Shown: positions 38,388 to 47,508 of the stretch, in pieces
Layout of the letters: the number at the start of each line of letters is the position of its first letter
Numbering within the stretch: position 1 is the first letter of the stretch
DNA from: Methanobacteriota archaeon
GTDB taxonomy: Archaea > Thermoplasmatota > Poseidoniia > Poseidoniales > Thalassarchaeaceae
Length of the DNA: 64,000 bases
Assembly: GCA_018650285.1 (NCBI GenBank)
Contig: JABIGF010000001.1
Span: 34,072-98,071, forward strand
Direction of reading: 5' to 3'
Notes under the pieces: generated by a model
The model's input: only the letters and a program-made list of their open reading frames with translations
The model's database searches: none
What the model was told of the DNA's origin: nothing
Position numbers and translations under genes: made by a program

Positions 38388-38519
38388 CTGATTACAGCGC
38401 ACGCTCAATGCCTCCGTAGGGGTTGGTGGTAATGAAGCGGTTATGAGGCTGACGCAGAATGAGTGGCTAATGCGTCAAATCTGGGCGATAATAATTATCA
38501 TCATCGCCTTTATCGCCCC

Positions 38520-39197
38520 CTAAGGGGCGGTGCTATCCGAAAGTAATTCTTTACTAGCTGAAATAAATCGTGTCAAAAAGGTGTAAACACCACCAAGAAG
38601 TGTGATAACTAAAACAACCGTTAAAGCGTTGATTTTAACACCAAAAAAAGGTATTTCGCCATAATCTGATACACCTGAAAATGCTTGCCATGAAGCAACT
38701 AATGCACCTGCAAAAGTGACGATCATGCGGTCCGCCCTTCCAAAGCCACGATAGTTTCTCCCTAAGCCAACGGATTGTGCTTGTGTGCCCATGTACGAAC
38801 CCATCAAAGTTGCCAGACCCGCAATATAGCCTAAATGGGGGGTTGAAACCCATGAAACATTGATTCCAATAGCAACAATAATGCCAACATCAACAATTCT
38901 GTCAATCGTATGGTCAAGATAATCTCCATAAGCAGAATCTTTGCCATGTTTTCTTGCAATTTGACCATCAAGGCCATCACATAATGCTGCAAAAGCGTAT
39001 AGGATTGTTGCAATTAAGATATTCATACCGCCACTAGCATCTGCAGTAGCAGTAGCGAAAAGCCAAGCAGAAATTGCTGCAATAAAAAGACTGAACCAAG
39101 AAATATAGTTTGGATTTACCCAACCTAGTTTTGCTACAAATGGGTCTAGTAATGCTGTAATTCGAGGTCGGAGTTGGTCAAGCGCCATGCTATTCAC
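38520..39197 (-). CDS. CDP-alcohol phosphatidyltransferase family protein (archaetidyl-serine/inositol-phosphate synthase-like)
   Basis: Motif DGLDGQIARKHGKDSAYGDYLDHTIDRIVD matches D-G-x2-A-R...G-x3-D-x3-D. The protein is multi-TM. Confidence 0.7.
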   Translation of the reverse strand: MNSMALDQLRPRITALLDPFVAKLGWVNPNYISWFSLFIAAISAWLFATATADASGGMNILIATILYAFAALCDGLDGQIARKHGKDSAYGDYLDHTIDRIVDVGIIVAIGINVSWVSTPHLGYIAGLATLMGSYMGTQAQSVGLGRNYRGFGRADRMIVTFAGALVASWQAFSGVSDYGEIPFFGVKINALTVVLVITLLGGVYTFLTRFISASKELLSDSTAP

Positions 39198-39792
39198 CGT
39201 GAAGGACTGCTATCCAGTCAATGCGCTGGTCTGGGGCTTTAGGCTTGAAACCATCTCTCATCCATGACTCAATTTGGGCAAAAAGTGACTCAGTGGTTGA
39301 TGCGGTTGAATCTAATTCCAAAATGGGAATGTCAGACCATTCATGAGAATCATTCCATGCGCTGCCGATTAGTTCCCACTCGACGTTTTCTTCAATTTTT
39401 GATTCGTGGTAGTCACGACCGCCCATGCGTATGCGAAGCGTGTCAGGGTGGCAACGGATAATGACAATGGCATCAACAGGGAGATGGTGAGAAAGGTGTC
39501 CATCTACCAAAATAATAGAATTCGGGGATTGAGTCCATTCTCTTCTCAGATCTTCTGCTAATGCATCTACATCTATTGGCTGTGCGCCGTCGTTTTCGTC
39601 AACGTCACCAAGATGGCCAAATTTTTTTGCTAGTTCTTTAACGGTTTGAATATTAAGATTCCAGTCGATTTTTTGAGAATGGTTAGCGGCGAAATCAGTG
39701 AGACTTGTTTTTCCACACCCTGGTGTGCCGGTGATGGCAATACGGCATGCGTTCAACCCGCTCATTGTTTGGGGGTTCGTTGTCTTAGTCAT
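39190..39792 (-). CDS. P-loop kinase, Fap7/adenylate-kinase-6-like; the start is uncertain
   Basis: Walker A IAITGTPGCGKTSL close to the N-terminus. The first ATGs are at 39792 and 39765. The ORF track extends to 39864. Confidence 0.45.
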   Translation of the reverse strand: MTKTTNPQTMSGLNACRIAITGTPGCGKTSLTDFAANHSQKIDWNLNIQTVKELAKKFGHLGDVDENDGAQPIDVDALAEDLRREWTQSPNSIILVDGHLSHHLPVDAIVIIRCHPDTLRIRMGGRDYHESKIEENVEWELIGSAWNDSHEWSDIPILELDSTASTTESLFAQIESWMRDGFKPKAPDQRIDWIAVLHGE

Positions 39793-39873
39793 CAAGGTGG
39801 TGGCGCTTTTGCAGAATATTGATGTGAATAGTTTATACGAAGAGACCTCACTACAATAATACAAGGAGACCTA

Positions 39874-40137
39874 ATGATGAAACCAACAACAGAAGCAACG
39901 GCGATTGTACTAATTGTCGCAGAACCTGGTAGAGAAACTGAAGTGTATAATGAATTGCAAGCAATATCGGAGGTTGCTGAACAGATGTTGCTGTTTGGTG
40001 AGTATGACTTGTATGTGAAGATAGTATGTGAGGACTATACTTTGCTTGGTAGTGTTGTAATAAACAGAATTAGGGCAATAGACGGTGTAGATTCGACCAA
40101 AACCTTGACTGCCGCCCCTATGATTAATTCACGATAA
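39874..40137 (+). CDS. stand-alone Lrp/AsnC-type RAM (ligand-binding) domain protein
   Basis: 87 aa with an ACT/RAM-like beta-alpha-beta-beta-alpha-beta pattern (IVLIVAEPGRETEVYNELQAI...YDLYVKIVCED). AAGGAG lies upstream of the ATG. Confidence 0.45.
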   Translation: MMKPTTEATAIVLIVAEPGRETEVYNELQAISEVAEQMLLFGEYDLYVKIVCEDYTLLGSVVINRIRAIDGVDSTKTLTAAPMINSR

Positions 40138-40221
40138 TAATAATTCAATTGCACAAAACACTAGTGTTGTTCGGTATTATTGGGCGCAGGTTTGACTTAG
40201 TATCAATTATTCGAACCGGTC

Positions 40222-41406
40222 ATGACGGATGCGGCGAGTAGCGAAGAAGGCCTTAGCTCGGAGCAATTATCTAGTGAAGATATTAGTTGGAACGCGGTTG
40301 TTGAATTACTCAATCCAGCAAAGACAAAACTATCAATAATGCTTATTTTCGTACCTTTAGCAATATATTTTGGTAGTGTAGGCCATAATACTCCCTTGGC
40401 ATTCGCGACATCAATAGCAGCAATTATGCCGCTGGCATACCTTATGGGTGAAGCAACTGAACAAATTGCTTTGAAAACAAATGAGTCAATAGGTGGATTA
40501 TTGAATGCAACTTTTGGTAATGCTGCTGAAATGATAATTGCAATTTTTGGTGTTTTGGCAGCGGCAACAGCGATTAAAGAAGGAGATTCACAAACTGCTG
40601 AGACAATGATAAATGTCGTTCAAGCATCACTTATTGGTTCAATTCTGGGTAATCTTCTCCTAGTTCTAGGGATTGCTTTTGTTTGGGGGGGTATTCATCA
40701 CAAAGTACAGAAATTTTCTCGCACTCAGGTTGGAGCTAATGGTTCACTTCTTTTCTTGGCAGTAATTGCTCTTATTCTCCCTTCAATGTTTGAGTTTTCT
40801 AGAAATGATAGTCAAGAAGCGGTGACTACACTTTCCCATCTCACAGCAGTTGTTTTGTTGGCTGTATATGGGCTATTCTTGTTATTTCAATTACGTACTC
40901 ATAATGACCTTTTTGCCACTGATGTTCATCATGGAAGTGAGGACGCTGTTATGGGTAAAAAACAGGCGTTGACATTACTGATTGGCTCAACAATAATGGT
41001 TGCTTGGATGGCGGAAATAATGGTTCATTCAATTGAGTCTGCCGCGGACGAATGGGGATTACCAACTCTGTTTATCGGTATCATATTGTTACCATTATTT
41101 GGCAATGCGGCAGAGCATTTCACCGCGGTGAATGTGGCTCGCAAAAATAAGATGGACTTGGCATTTTCAATTGCAGTTGGCTCAAGTACTCAAATCGCAG
41201 TATTTGTCGCTCCAGCAGTAGTTCTTTTTGCATGGTGCTTAGGAGTTCCACTAACTTTCCAATTTGGTTTATTTGAGACGATTGCAGTATTTTTGGCAGT
41301 ACTCATCACCAATACAATTGCTTCAGATGGAAAGTCAAATTGGTTGGAAGGGGCACTATTGCTTGCCACGTATATTGTATTAGCAATGGCTTTCTTTTTC
41401 TATTAA
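40222..41406 (+). CDS. Ca2+/H+ antiporter (CaCA/CAX family)
   Basis: Two alpha-repeat signatures, GNAAEMIIAIF and GNAAEHFTAVNVA, with about 11 TM helices. Confidence 0.75.
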   Translation: MTDAASSEEGLSSEQLSSEDISWNAVVELLNPAKTKLSIMLIFVPLAIYFGSVGHNTPLAFATSIAAIMPLAYLMGEATEQIALKTNESIGGLLNATFGNAAEMIIAIFGVLAAATAIKEGDSQTAETMINVVQASLIGSILGNLLLVLGIAFVWGGIHHKVQKFSRTQVGANGSLLFLAVIALILPSMFEFSRNDSQEAVTTLSHLTAVVLLAVYGLFLLFQLRTHNDLFATDVHHGSEDAVMGKKQALTLLIGSTIMVAWMAEIMVHSIESAADEWGLPTLFIGIILLPLFGNAAEHFTAVNVARKNKMDLAFSIAVGSSTQIAVFVAPAVVLFAWCLGVPLTFQFGLFETIAVFLAVLITNTIASDGKSNWLEGALLLATYIVLAMAFFFY

Positions 41407-41408
41407 TT

Positions 41409-42401
41409 TCAGAGAGATTCAAGCAGTGCTGAAGTGCAACCCATTGGGGCTATTAGAGGATTACAGCGTACAGGCCCATCAGGTATCCAGATAGCGTAAT
41501 CGATTGTTTCATCGTTACCTGGGAAATCTGTAGATATCATGTGAGCGCCACTTGTGAGTGCTGCTTCAAACCGAGTGTAATTTCCTTCCTCTGCTTCTAC
41601 GGTATCTGAATCAGGTCTTGTGCGGACAATGAATCCACTTTCAACCGCGTTTTTCAGTACATCTTGTTTGGAGATGGGTTGAGTCCAAGAGATTAATGCA
41701 GCCGCAGGGTGTTCTTGGTCAACAATTGCAAACATTGTGGCATTAATGAGTCCATCATGGCGTTCTAGGTAGGCGTCGCGAATCCCATCTTTATCAATTA
41801 GAGCGAAGGCTGCTTTACCTCTTACATCATCTAATAATGGCCATCCATTCTCTGTTACAGCACGGCGCAGAGTAGCCCTCTCGCCTCTTACATCATCAGG
41901 TTCAACTCGTCGCTCTTGCGGCCAAACAGAATCAATATCAGATTCAATTTCAGCAAACAGGTCAATACCATCAACAATCCAATCCAAGTCTTTTGGTTCA
42001 ATCAGGATCCATAGTGGGATGTGAGATGGGTTTTCATCAGACCAGTTTTTCAAATCATTTAGACAGTCGGTGAATGCTACACAAGTGGTGCGTGAATCGT
42101 ATAGGTTGTGATATACTCTCAATCCAACCCCTGGGATATACCACACATCAAGTTCAAATTGCCTTACACCAAACTGTTCGGCTTGTTCAGCGAGGGGGGC
42201 GTGAGTGTAATTGTAATTTGAGAGATAGTCGCTCCCAAGTGGTCGCATGTGATACGAATTGTGACTACCCTTGGCTTGCACATGATTCATACGAAGTTCA
42301 GGAAGAGGCTCTTCTTTGACATCATCTTCTGAAAAGAGACAACCTGAAAATGAGGTAATGAGTATGATGCTGGCGAGGAGCAAGGCTGACAGCGTTCGCA
42401 T
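41409..42401 (-). CDS. secreted PLC-like phosphodiesterase (PI-PLC X-domain-like), possible lipoprotein
   Basis: Signal peptide plus a Cys (SFSGCLF), and a GSHNSYH motif typical of PLC-like TIM-barrel phosphodiesterases. Confidence 0.4.
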   Translation of the reverse strand: MRTLSALLLASIILITSFSGCLFSEDDVKEEPLPELRMNHVQAKGSHNSYHMRPLGSDYLSNYNYTHAPLAEQAEQFGVRQFELDVWYIPGVGLRVYHNLYDSRTTCVAFTDCLNDLKNWSDENPSHIPLWILIEPKDLDWIVDGIDLFAEIESDIDSVWPQERRVEPDDVRGERATLRRAVTENGWPLLDDVRGKAAFALIDKDGIRDAYLERHDGLINATMFAIVDQEHPAAALISWTQPISKQDVLKNAVESGFIVRTRPDSDTVEAEEGNYTRFEAALTSGAHMISTDFPGNDETIDYAIWIPDGPVRCNPLIAPMGCTSALLESL

Positions 42402-42477
42402 CTAGACCGAAAGGGGTGTATGTCTTGAATCAGACGCTATTGAAAGTATAGTGAAGCAATATTGTTTGATGCCTTTC

Positions 42478-43773
42478 TTACCCTTGTGGCGGGTCAATTC
42501 CGTCGTAATATTCTGCAACAGCCTCTTCAAGTTTGAGAGCAATTTGTTGTTCATCAAGGGTTTTGGTGGTGCCATTTTGGCGAATAATGTTACCATCTAC
42601 AATGACATCAAGACAGTCGCTATTGGAGTAGAGTAAATTGGCAAGTAGTCGGCGATTTTTGATGCCGCGGGGTCGCATGCGGATATCGTTTAGATTCCAT
42701 GCGACCCAATCGTTGGAATCTTTTGTTGCAAGTTTCCAAGCCTCCTTTGGAGGCAAAATGGTAGAATCCCAGTGGTCATGACGCTGAATTAGTGAGGCGG
42801 CTTTTGCTTCTGCCCTCATATCAAGCGAGTTGTTTGATGCGGCACCATCGGTTCCAAGTCTAACATCAACTCCCGCTTCTATCATTGCTGGATATGAAAG
42901 AGTTCCACCAGTTGCTAATTTTTGATTACTAACGGGGCAGTGAACCGCGTGAGCACCGTGAGATGCAAGAATTCTCATTTCCCGTTTGGTTACCCAGCCG
43001 CAGTGGGCGCAAACAGTTCGGTCTGTGAAATAATCTAGAGAATCAAGGTATTCTATTGGATACATCCCATGCTTTTCGTGGCATTGGGCAACTTCTGCTC
43101 GTGTTTCCGATGTGTGAATATGTAGTAACGCCTCATATTTTCGGCTCATTTCACTAGCTCTTCGCAGTACTTCTTCAGAGCAGGTGTAAACAGCGTGTGT
43201 TGCAATCCCATATTCAACGCGTCCCTCAGCAAGCGTTCCTCCACGAATTAAATTCTCAAGTTCGTTGAGAACTCGAGTGTCCTCATTTTCAGCATCATGT
43301 TCAGGGGGGGGCCAAGCGGTTGTTGGACCACAAACAATACCGCGAATTCCAGCATCGGCTAACACAGGTGCAATGGATGCAGGATAATGATACATATCAC
43401 AAGCAAATGTAGTACCAGATGAGATCAACTCAGCGACGCCTGCAAGTGTACCAGTCTTGACAAAGTCTGTAGTGACTCTAGTTTCAGTGGGGAAGATATT
43501 CTTCTCTAACCAATCCCCTAGTGTGAGCCCTTCACCCATTCCTCGGTTTAGCACCATAGGTAGGTGAGTGTGCCAATTTTGTAGAGAGCGCGTAATTACT
43601 CGATTACTTCCATCAATTGTGGTTTGTACATCTTCGTCGCCGTTTGAAGCAGTCCAAGAGCCATCTCGATGTAGAATGAAATCGCCTGAGTGCAATTTGC
43701 ATTCATCATCAATAATATGACTTGATGTGTAGCGGGTTGAGCCGCTAGAATCGTCTCCCGAACCACCAGTCAT
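42478..43773 (-). CDS. amidohydrolase-superfamily deaminase (MTA/SAH or guanine deaminase-like)
   Basis: Metal-ligand motifs NWHTHLP (HxH) and LLHIHTSET, and a later Asp. The start is set at the internal ATG (MTGGSGDD...); the ORF track extends to 43926. Confidence 0.55.
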   Translation of the reverse strand: MTGGSGDDSSGSTRYTSSHIIDDECKLHSGDFILHRDGSWTASNGDEDVQTTIDGSNRVITRSLQNWHTHLPMVLNRGMGEGLTLGDWLEKNIFPTETRVTTDFVKTGTLAGVAELISSGTTFACDMYHYPASIAPVLADAGIRGIVCGPTTAWPPPEHDAENEDTRVLNELENLIRGGTLAEGRVEYGIATHAVYTCSEEVLRRASEMSRKYEALLHIHTSETRAEVAQCHEKHGMYPIEYLDSLDYFTDRTVCAHCGWVTKREMRILASHGAHAVHCPVSNQKLATGGTLSYPAMIEAGVDVRLGTDGAASNNSLDMRAEAKAASLIQRHDHWDSTILPPKEAWKLATKDSNDWVAWNLNDIRMRPRGIKNRRLLANLLYSNSDCLDVIVDGNIIRQNGTTKTLDEQQIALKLEEAVAEYYDGIDPPQG

Positions 43774-43858
43774 AGCCTTCGCCTGTAATCTGCTGTATTG
43801 ACATTTGACATCATGGTTTTGATGGCGGGGTTGAAGTGAGTCGGCGTTTTCCAACAGT

Positions 43859-44836
43859 TTGGATATGTCTGAGGACCCATACCGGACTCTGGGCGTTTCG
43901 CCCGATGCGACAGATGCTGAAATCAAGCGCGCCTATCGCAAGTTAGCGCGTCAACACCATCCTGATAGAAACCCAGGAGATGCAGCGGCCGAAGGCCGTT
44001 TCAAAGAAATTCAAGGTGCTTATGATAAAATTGAAACACCGGATAAACGCAAGAAATTCGATGAACAAAAGCGTATGGCCAACATGTTCGGGGGTGGCCG
44101 TGGTGGTGATTTTGGCAATGCGGAATTCAATTTTGGCGGCGGTGGAATTGAAGATATTCTTGCCTCTTTCATGGGTAACCGCGGTGGCAATCCATTCAGT
44201 GGTGGCAGCAGTGGGACAATTTTTGAGCAAGGAGGCCAACCTCGACGTGCTCAGAAAAGACCAGCCCAACCTCAAAAGGGCGCAGATATAGAGGCGCCAT
44301 TGGACCTAACTCTTGAGGAGGCACAATCTGGTGTTCAAAAGCCGTTCACAATTGGGCGGCGCAAGCGATGTGATAGTTGCAAAGGTAGGGGTTGTGGCAC
44401 ATGTGGTACTCAAGGCGTAGTTCGTAAAACTAGTCAAATCACCGTGAAAGTACCTCCCGGGGCTGAACACGCTTCGGTAATGAGGCTCAAAGGAATGGGG
44501 CATGAATCAGTAAATGGATTAGCAGGTGATTTACTATTGACTGTTAGAATAGACGCTGATGAAGGCAGGCATTGGGAAGGCGGCCGCCTGATTCAGACTG
44601 TTGAGATTTCATACAGCACGATGATGCTTGGAGGTAAGGTGAGAATCCATACTCCCGCCGGAAAAATTGTTGAAGTTGAAGTCCCCCCAAATTCTCGTTC
44701 TGGTGACCGCCGTCGACTAAGAGGTCAAGGATACAACGGTGGTCCTTTAGATGTTGAACTAGAATTGCAGGAATCAGGTGATTTGACAGCAGAGCAGCAA
44801 GCCGCTTTGAACGCGTTGCGTGATAGCGGACTTTGA
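43859..44836 (+). CDS. dnaJ: DnaJ-like chaperone (J-domain, G/F-rich region, a single CxxCxGxG-CxxC zinc centre, then a C-terminal beta domain)
   Basis: J-domain DPYRTLGVSPDATDAEIKRAYRKLARQHHPDRNPGD. A G/F-rich linker (FGGGRGGDFGNAEFNFGGGG) and CDSCKGRGCGTCGTQG. Confidence 0.7.
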   Translation: MDMSEDPYRTLGVSPDATDAEIKRAYRKLARQHHPDRNPGDAAAEGRFKEIQGAYDKIETPDKRKKFDEQKRMANMFGGGRGGDFGNAEFNFGGGGIEDILASFMGNRGGNPFSGGSSGTIFEQGGQPRRAQKRPAQPQKGADIEAPLDLTLEEAQSGVQKPFTIGRRKRCDSCKGRGCGTCGTQGVVRKTSQITVKVPPGAEHASVMRLKGMGHESVNGLAGDLLLTVRIDADEGRHWEGGRLIQTVEISYSTMMLGGKVRIHTPAGKIVEVEVPPNSRSGDRRRLRGQGYNGGPLDVELELQESGDLTAEQQAALNALRDSGL

Positions 44837-44840
44837 TTTC

Positions 44841-45557
44841 TTAGTTTCCTTTAGGCCAGAATGGGATTAGGTTTGAAGCCAGGCTTCCGAGATTACGAGT
44901 CTGAATCCATACAGTCCCTTCACCAGAGAAGTGCATGACTAATCCTTCACCACCAAAGGCTAGTGACTTCATTCCTCCAACCTTTCCGACATTATACTGA
45001 ACGCCGTTAGTGAAAGCAACTACGTGGCCTGTGTCAACAGTGATGGTTTGTCCCTGCTGAATCTGCATCGCTTTGACAGCCCCATACGAATTGTAGTAGA
45101 CTCGACCAGCATTTGCTTGAGTTGTAGCATGAATGAAGAACATGCTTTCGCCACTAAAAAGACCCTTCATTCCTTGGAATTTTGTGTCAGTTTCAACATT
45201 TGTTGTGCACGCAAGGAATGAACCACCTTGTATGAATAAAGGTTGATTTGGTTGTATATCAAACCACGCAATGTCTCCAGGAAGTCCCGGTGCTAGGCTA
45301 ACCCAACCACCACTCGGGTCTGCTGTGAATGTGTTTAGGAAGAATGATTCTCCGCCGACCGCAGCTTTCATGATTCCCTTGAAGAATCCACCTACGCCTC
45401 CGCCACCACTTCCCTTTGTTTGCATTTGTACTCCTGCTTGGGCCACCATGGCTCCAGGTTCTGCTTTGATTGCCTCACCCGGATCAAGACTGATAGTCAG
45501 CATTGAAAAGCTCGGGTTGAATTCTAATTGTTCTTGCATAGTGCTGGGAAATAGCAA
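44841..45557 (-). CDS. AIM24/DUF124-family protein
   Basis: A Gly-rich beta protein of about 238 aa whose motifs (GGSFLACTT..., GGEGLVMHFSGEGTVWIQ) resemble the AIM24 family. Confidence 0.4.
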   Translation of the reverse strand: MLFPSTMQEQLEFNPSFSMLTISLDPGEAIKAEPGAMVAQAGVQMQTKGSGGGGVGGFFKGIMKAAVGGESFFLNTFTADPSGGWVSLAPGLPGDIAWFDIQPNQPLFIQGGSFLACTTNVETDTKFQGMKGLFSGESMFFIHATTQANAGRVYYNSYGAVKAMQIQQGQTITVDTGHVVAFTNGVQYNVGKVGGMKSLAFGGEGLVMHFSGEGTVWIQTRNLGSLASNLIPFWPKGN

Positions 45558-45701
45558 TTTGTTTTGATTCTTTGCTAATCAAAATAAGTTCAAGATTATT
45601 CTATACTTGATTTTTATTCATCGGATGGATTCTTGAAGGGAGAGCGAGTCGGAGGTTTGCAATCGGCCGGTTTCCCCGTTCGGTGGCATTGGGGCCGTCC
45701 C

Positions 45702-47174
45702 ATGTCTAAAGATGAGAATAACGAAGAAGAGGATTGGAGCAAATTTGCTTCGGCCGGTTACGAAAGTGCTTATGACCCATGGGCCGACCTAGTTCCCCAA
45801 GAAGAGTCCGAAGAATTTCTAGATGATGATATTGATTTTGAAGACTTCTCCTCTATTCGCCCACCACCCGCTGAAGAAGGTTTAGATTATCTTGTGAAAA
45901 TGGGTACTTGTAACCATTGCATGGCACGTTTATCAGGTAAATCATTCAATTGGGAAAGTGCTGAAGAAGTTGGTATTTCAATACGTATATCTTGTGAAGA
46001 AAGGGGGGTAATGAAAGATGATGATATTGAGTATTGTCCTTATTGTGAAGACCTTTTTGTTGACCTTGATATTCTAGTTGAAGTGATGAAAAATGAATTG
46101 GATGGCGTTGAATTCAAGAAGATGCAATTAGGTGCACATTTTGCCAAAGACCATGTTGCAAAAGAGGATGATTTGCGTACTCGCCACGGGGCTACCGGCA
46201 GTCAAGCATTGAAAGCAGCTTTCAACGATGCACTTGGATTCAAATTTAGCAAAGAAATGGGTGAGATTGAACTTGTCAAAGACCAGCCAGAAGTAATGGT
46301 ATTGATTGATACACTTACCTTTGATGTAACTGCAGATTTGCGTTCATTATATCTCTATGGCAGATATAGAAAATTAGAGCGAGGCATCCCACAAACCCGT
46401 TGGCCGTGCCGCGTATGTAAGGGTAGAGATGGAGGTTGTGAAACTTGTAATGAAACTGGTTTACAATACCCGACGAGTGTTCAAGATCAGATAGGTGAGC
46501 CACTTCGCGCCGCTTTCCAAGCAAAAAACACCGCATTTCATGGGATGGGACGAGAGGATATTGATGTTCGTTGCCTTGGTCGAGGTCGCCCGTTTGTAAT
46601 TGAGATGAAGTCACCAATTCGTAGGTATGCAGACCTTTCAGAATTAACGGAATTGGTTAATGCAACCTCTGCTGGGCGAGTTGAAATCAGTGAGTTGCGT
46701 GCATCACGTCGCTCTGAGGTTGCTAGAATTAAGGGGACAGCCGCAGAAAAATCATACACTATTCGTTTCAAATATGGCCCTGAACAACATTGCCCACCAG
46801 TCAAAATTGATGGTGAAGAAGAGAGTCAATCAGAAGATGTGGCAGAGGTAGTTCAAGAGAATCCACCTGAGTGGACAGCAGAACAAGTGACTGAATTGTG
46901 TATGTCTCTTGAAGGGGTGACATTAGCCCAACAGACGCCTCAAAGAGTAGCTCATCGTAGAGCAGATAAAGTGCGTGAGAGACAAGTAGTCAGCATTTCA
47001 GATATTGTTGTTGAAGGCGATGAAGTAGAGATGACAGTTCGTTGTGAAAGCGGCACTTACGTCAAAGAATTGGTTCATAGTGATGAAGGAAGAACAGTAC
47101 CAAGTGTGGCTGAAAAACTTGGATTAGTTTGTGAAGTCACATGGCTTGATGTCAATGATGTACATGCAGATTGA
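45702..47174 (+). CDS. pus10: tRNA pseudouridine synthase Pus10
   Basis: N-terminal Zn-ribbon (CNHC...CPYCE), a THUMP-like middle region, and the catalytic motif GREDIDVRCLGRGRPFVIE typical of Pus10. Confidence 0.7.
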   Translation: MSKDENNEEEDWSKFASAGYESAYDPWADLVPQEESEEFLDDDIDFEDFSSIRPPPAEEGLDYLVKMGTCNHCMARLSGKSFNWESAEEVGISIRISCEERGVMKDDDIEYCPYCEDLFVDLDILVEVMKNELDGVEFKKMQLGAHFAKDHVAKEDDLRTRHGATGSQALKAAFNDALGFKFSKEMGEIELVKDQPEVMVLIDTLTFDVTADLRSLYLYGRYRKLERGIPQTRWPCRVCKGRDGGCETCNETGLQYPTSVQDQIGEPLRAAFQAKNTAFHGMGREDIDVRCLGRGRPFVIEMKSPIRRYADLSELTELVNATSAGRVEISELRASRRSEVARIKGTAAEKSYTIRFKYGPEQHCPPVKIDGEEESQSEDVAEVVQENPPEWTAEQVTELCMSLEGVTLAQQTPQRVAHRRADKVRERQVVSISDIVVEGDEVEMTVRCESGTYVKELVHSDEGRTVPSVAEKLGLVCEVTWLDVNDVHAD

Positions 47175-47183
47175 ATCTGAATA

Positions 47184-47507
47184 TTATTCATCAGCACAAG
47201 ATTTTGCTATTGAATGAAGAAGGTCAAAGCCAAATATTCCACTATTACAACCACTTCCATCCCACTTGAATTGAAGTCCGAAATGTCCTGATTTTTCGAT
47301 TGATGGCTTTTCATTTCTTTGAAGTTGAACTTCTGCTTCAAATTCTGTTAAACGTCCTTCAGTATCTCGGCGTGGGTCACAATTTGCACAAGGACAGCGT
47401 AGCCTTAGTGTGATGTAATCAACAATATATTCAGTATCATCCGCATAGCGAAGAATCATGTCAGTTTCTCTTCTTTCTAATTCTTTGAGCGAGGGGAGAC
47501 TAGTCAT
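47184..47507 (-). CDS. DUF971 family protein
   Basis: LRYADDTEYIVDYITLRLRCPCANCDP... matches the DUF971 pattern (W/Y..LR..C.CA.C). The start is at the internal ATG, one nucleotide from the stop of the downstream RND gene. Confidence 0.45.
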   Translation of the reverse strand: MTSLPSLKELERRETDMILRYADDTEYIVDYITLRLRCPCANCDPRRDTEGRLTEFEAEVQLQRNEKPSIEKSGHFGLQFKWDGSGCNSGIFGFDLLHSIAKSCADE

Positions 47508-47508
47508 T

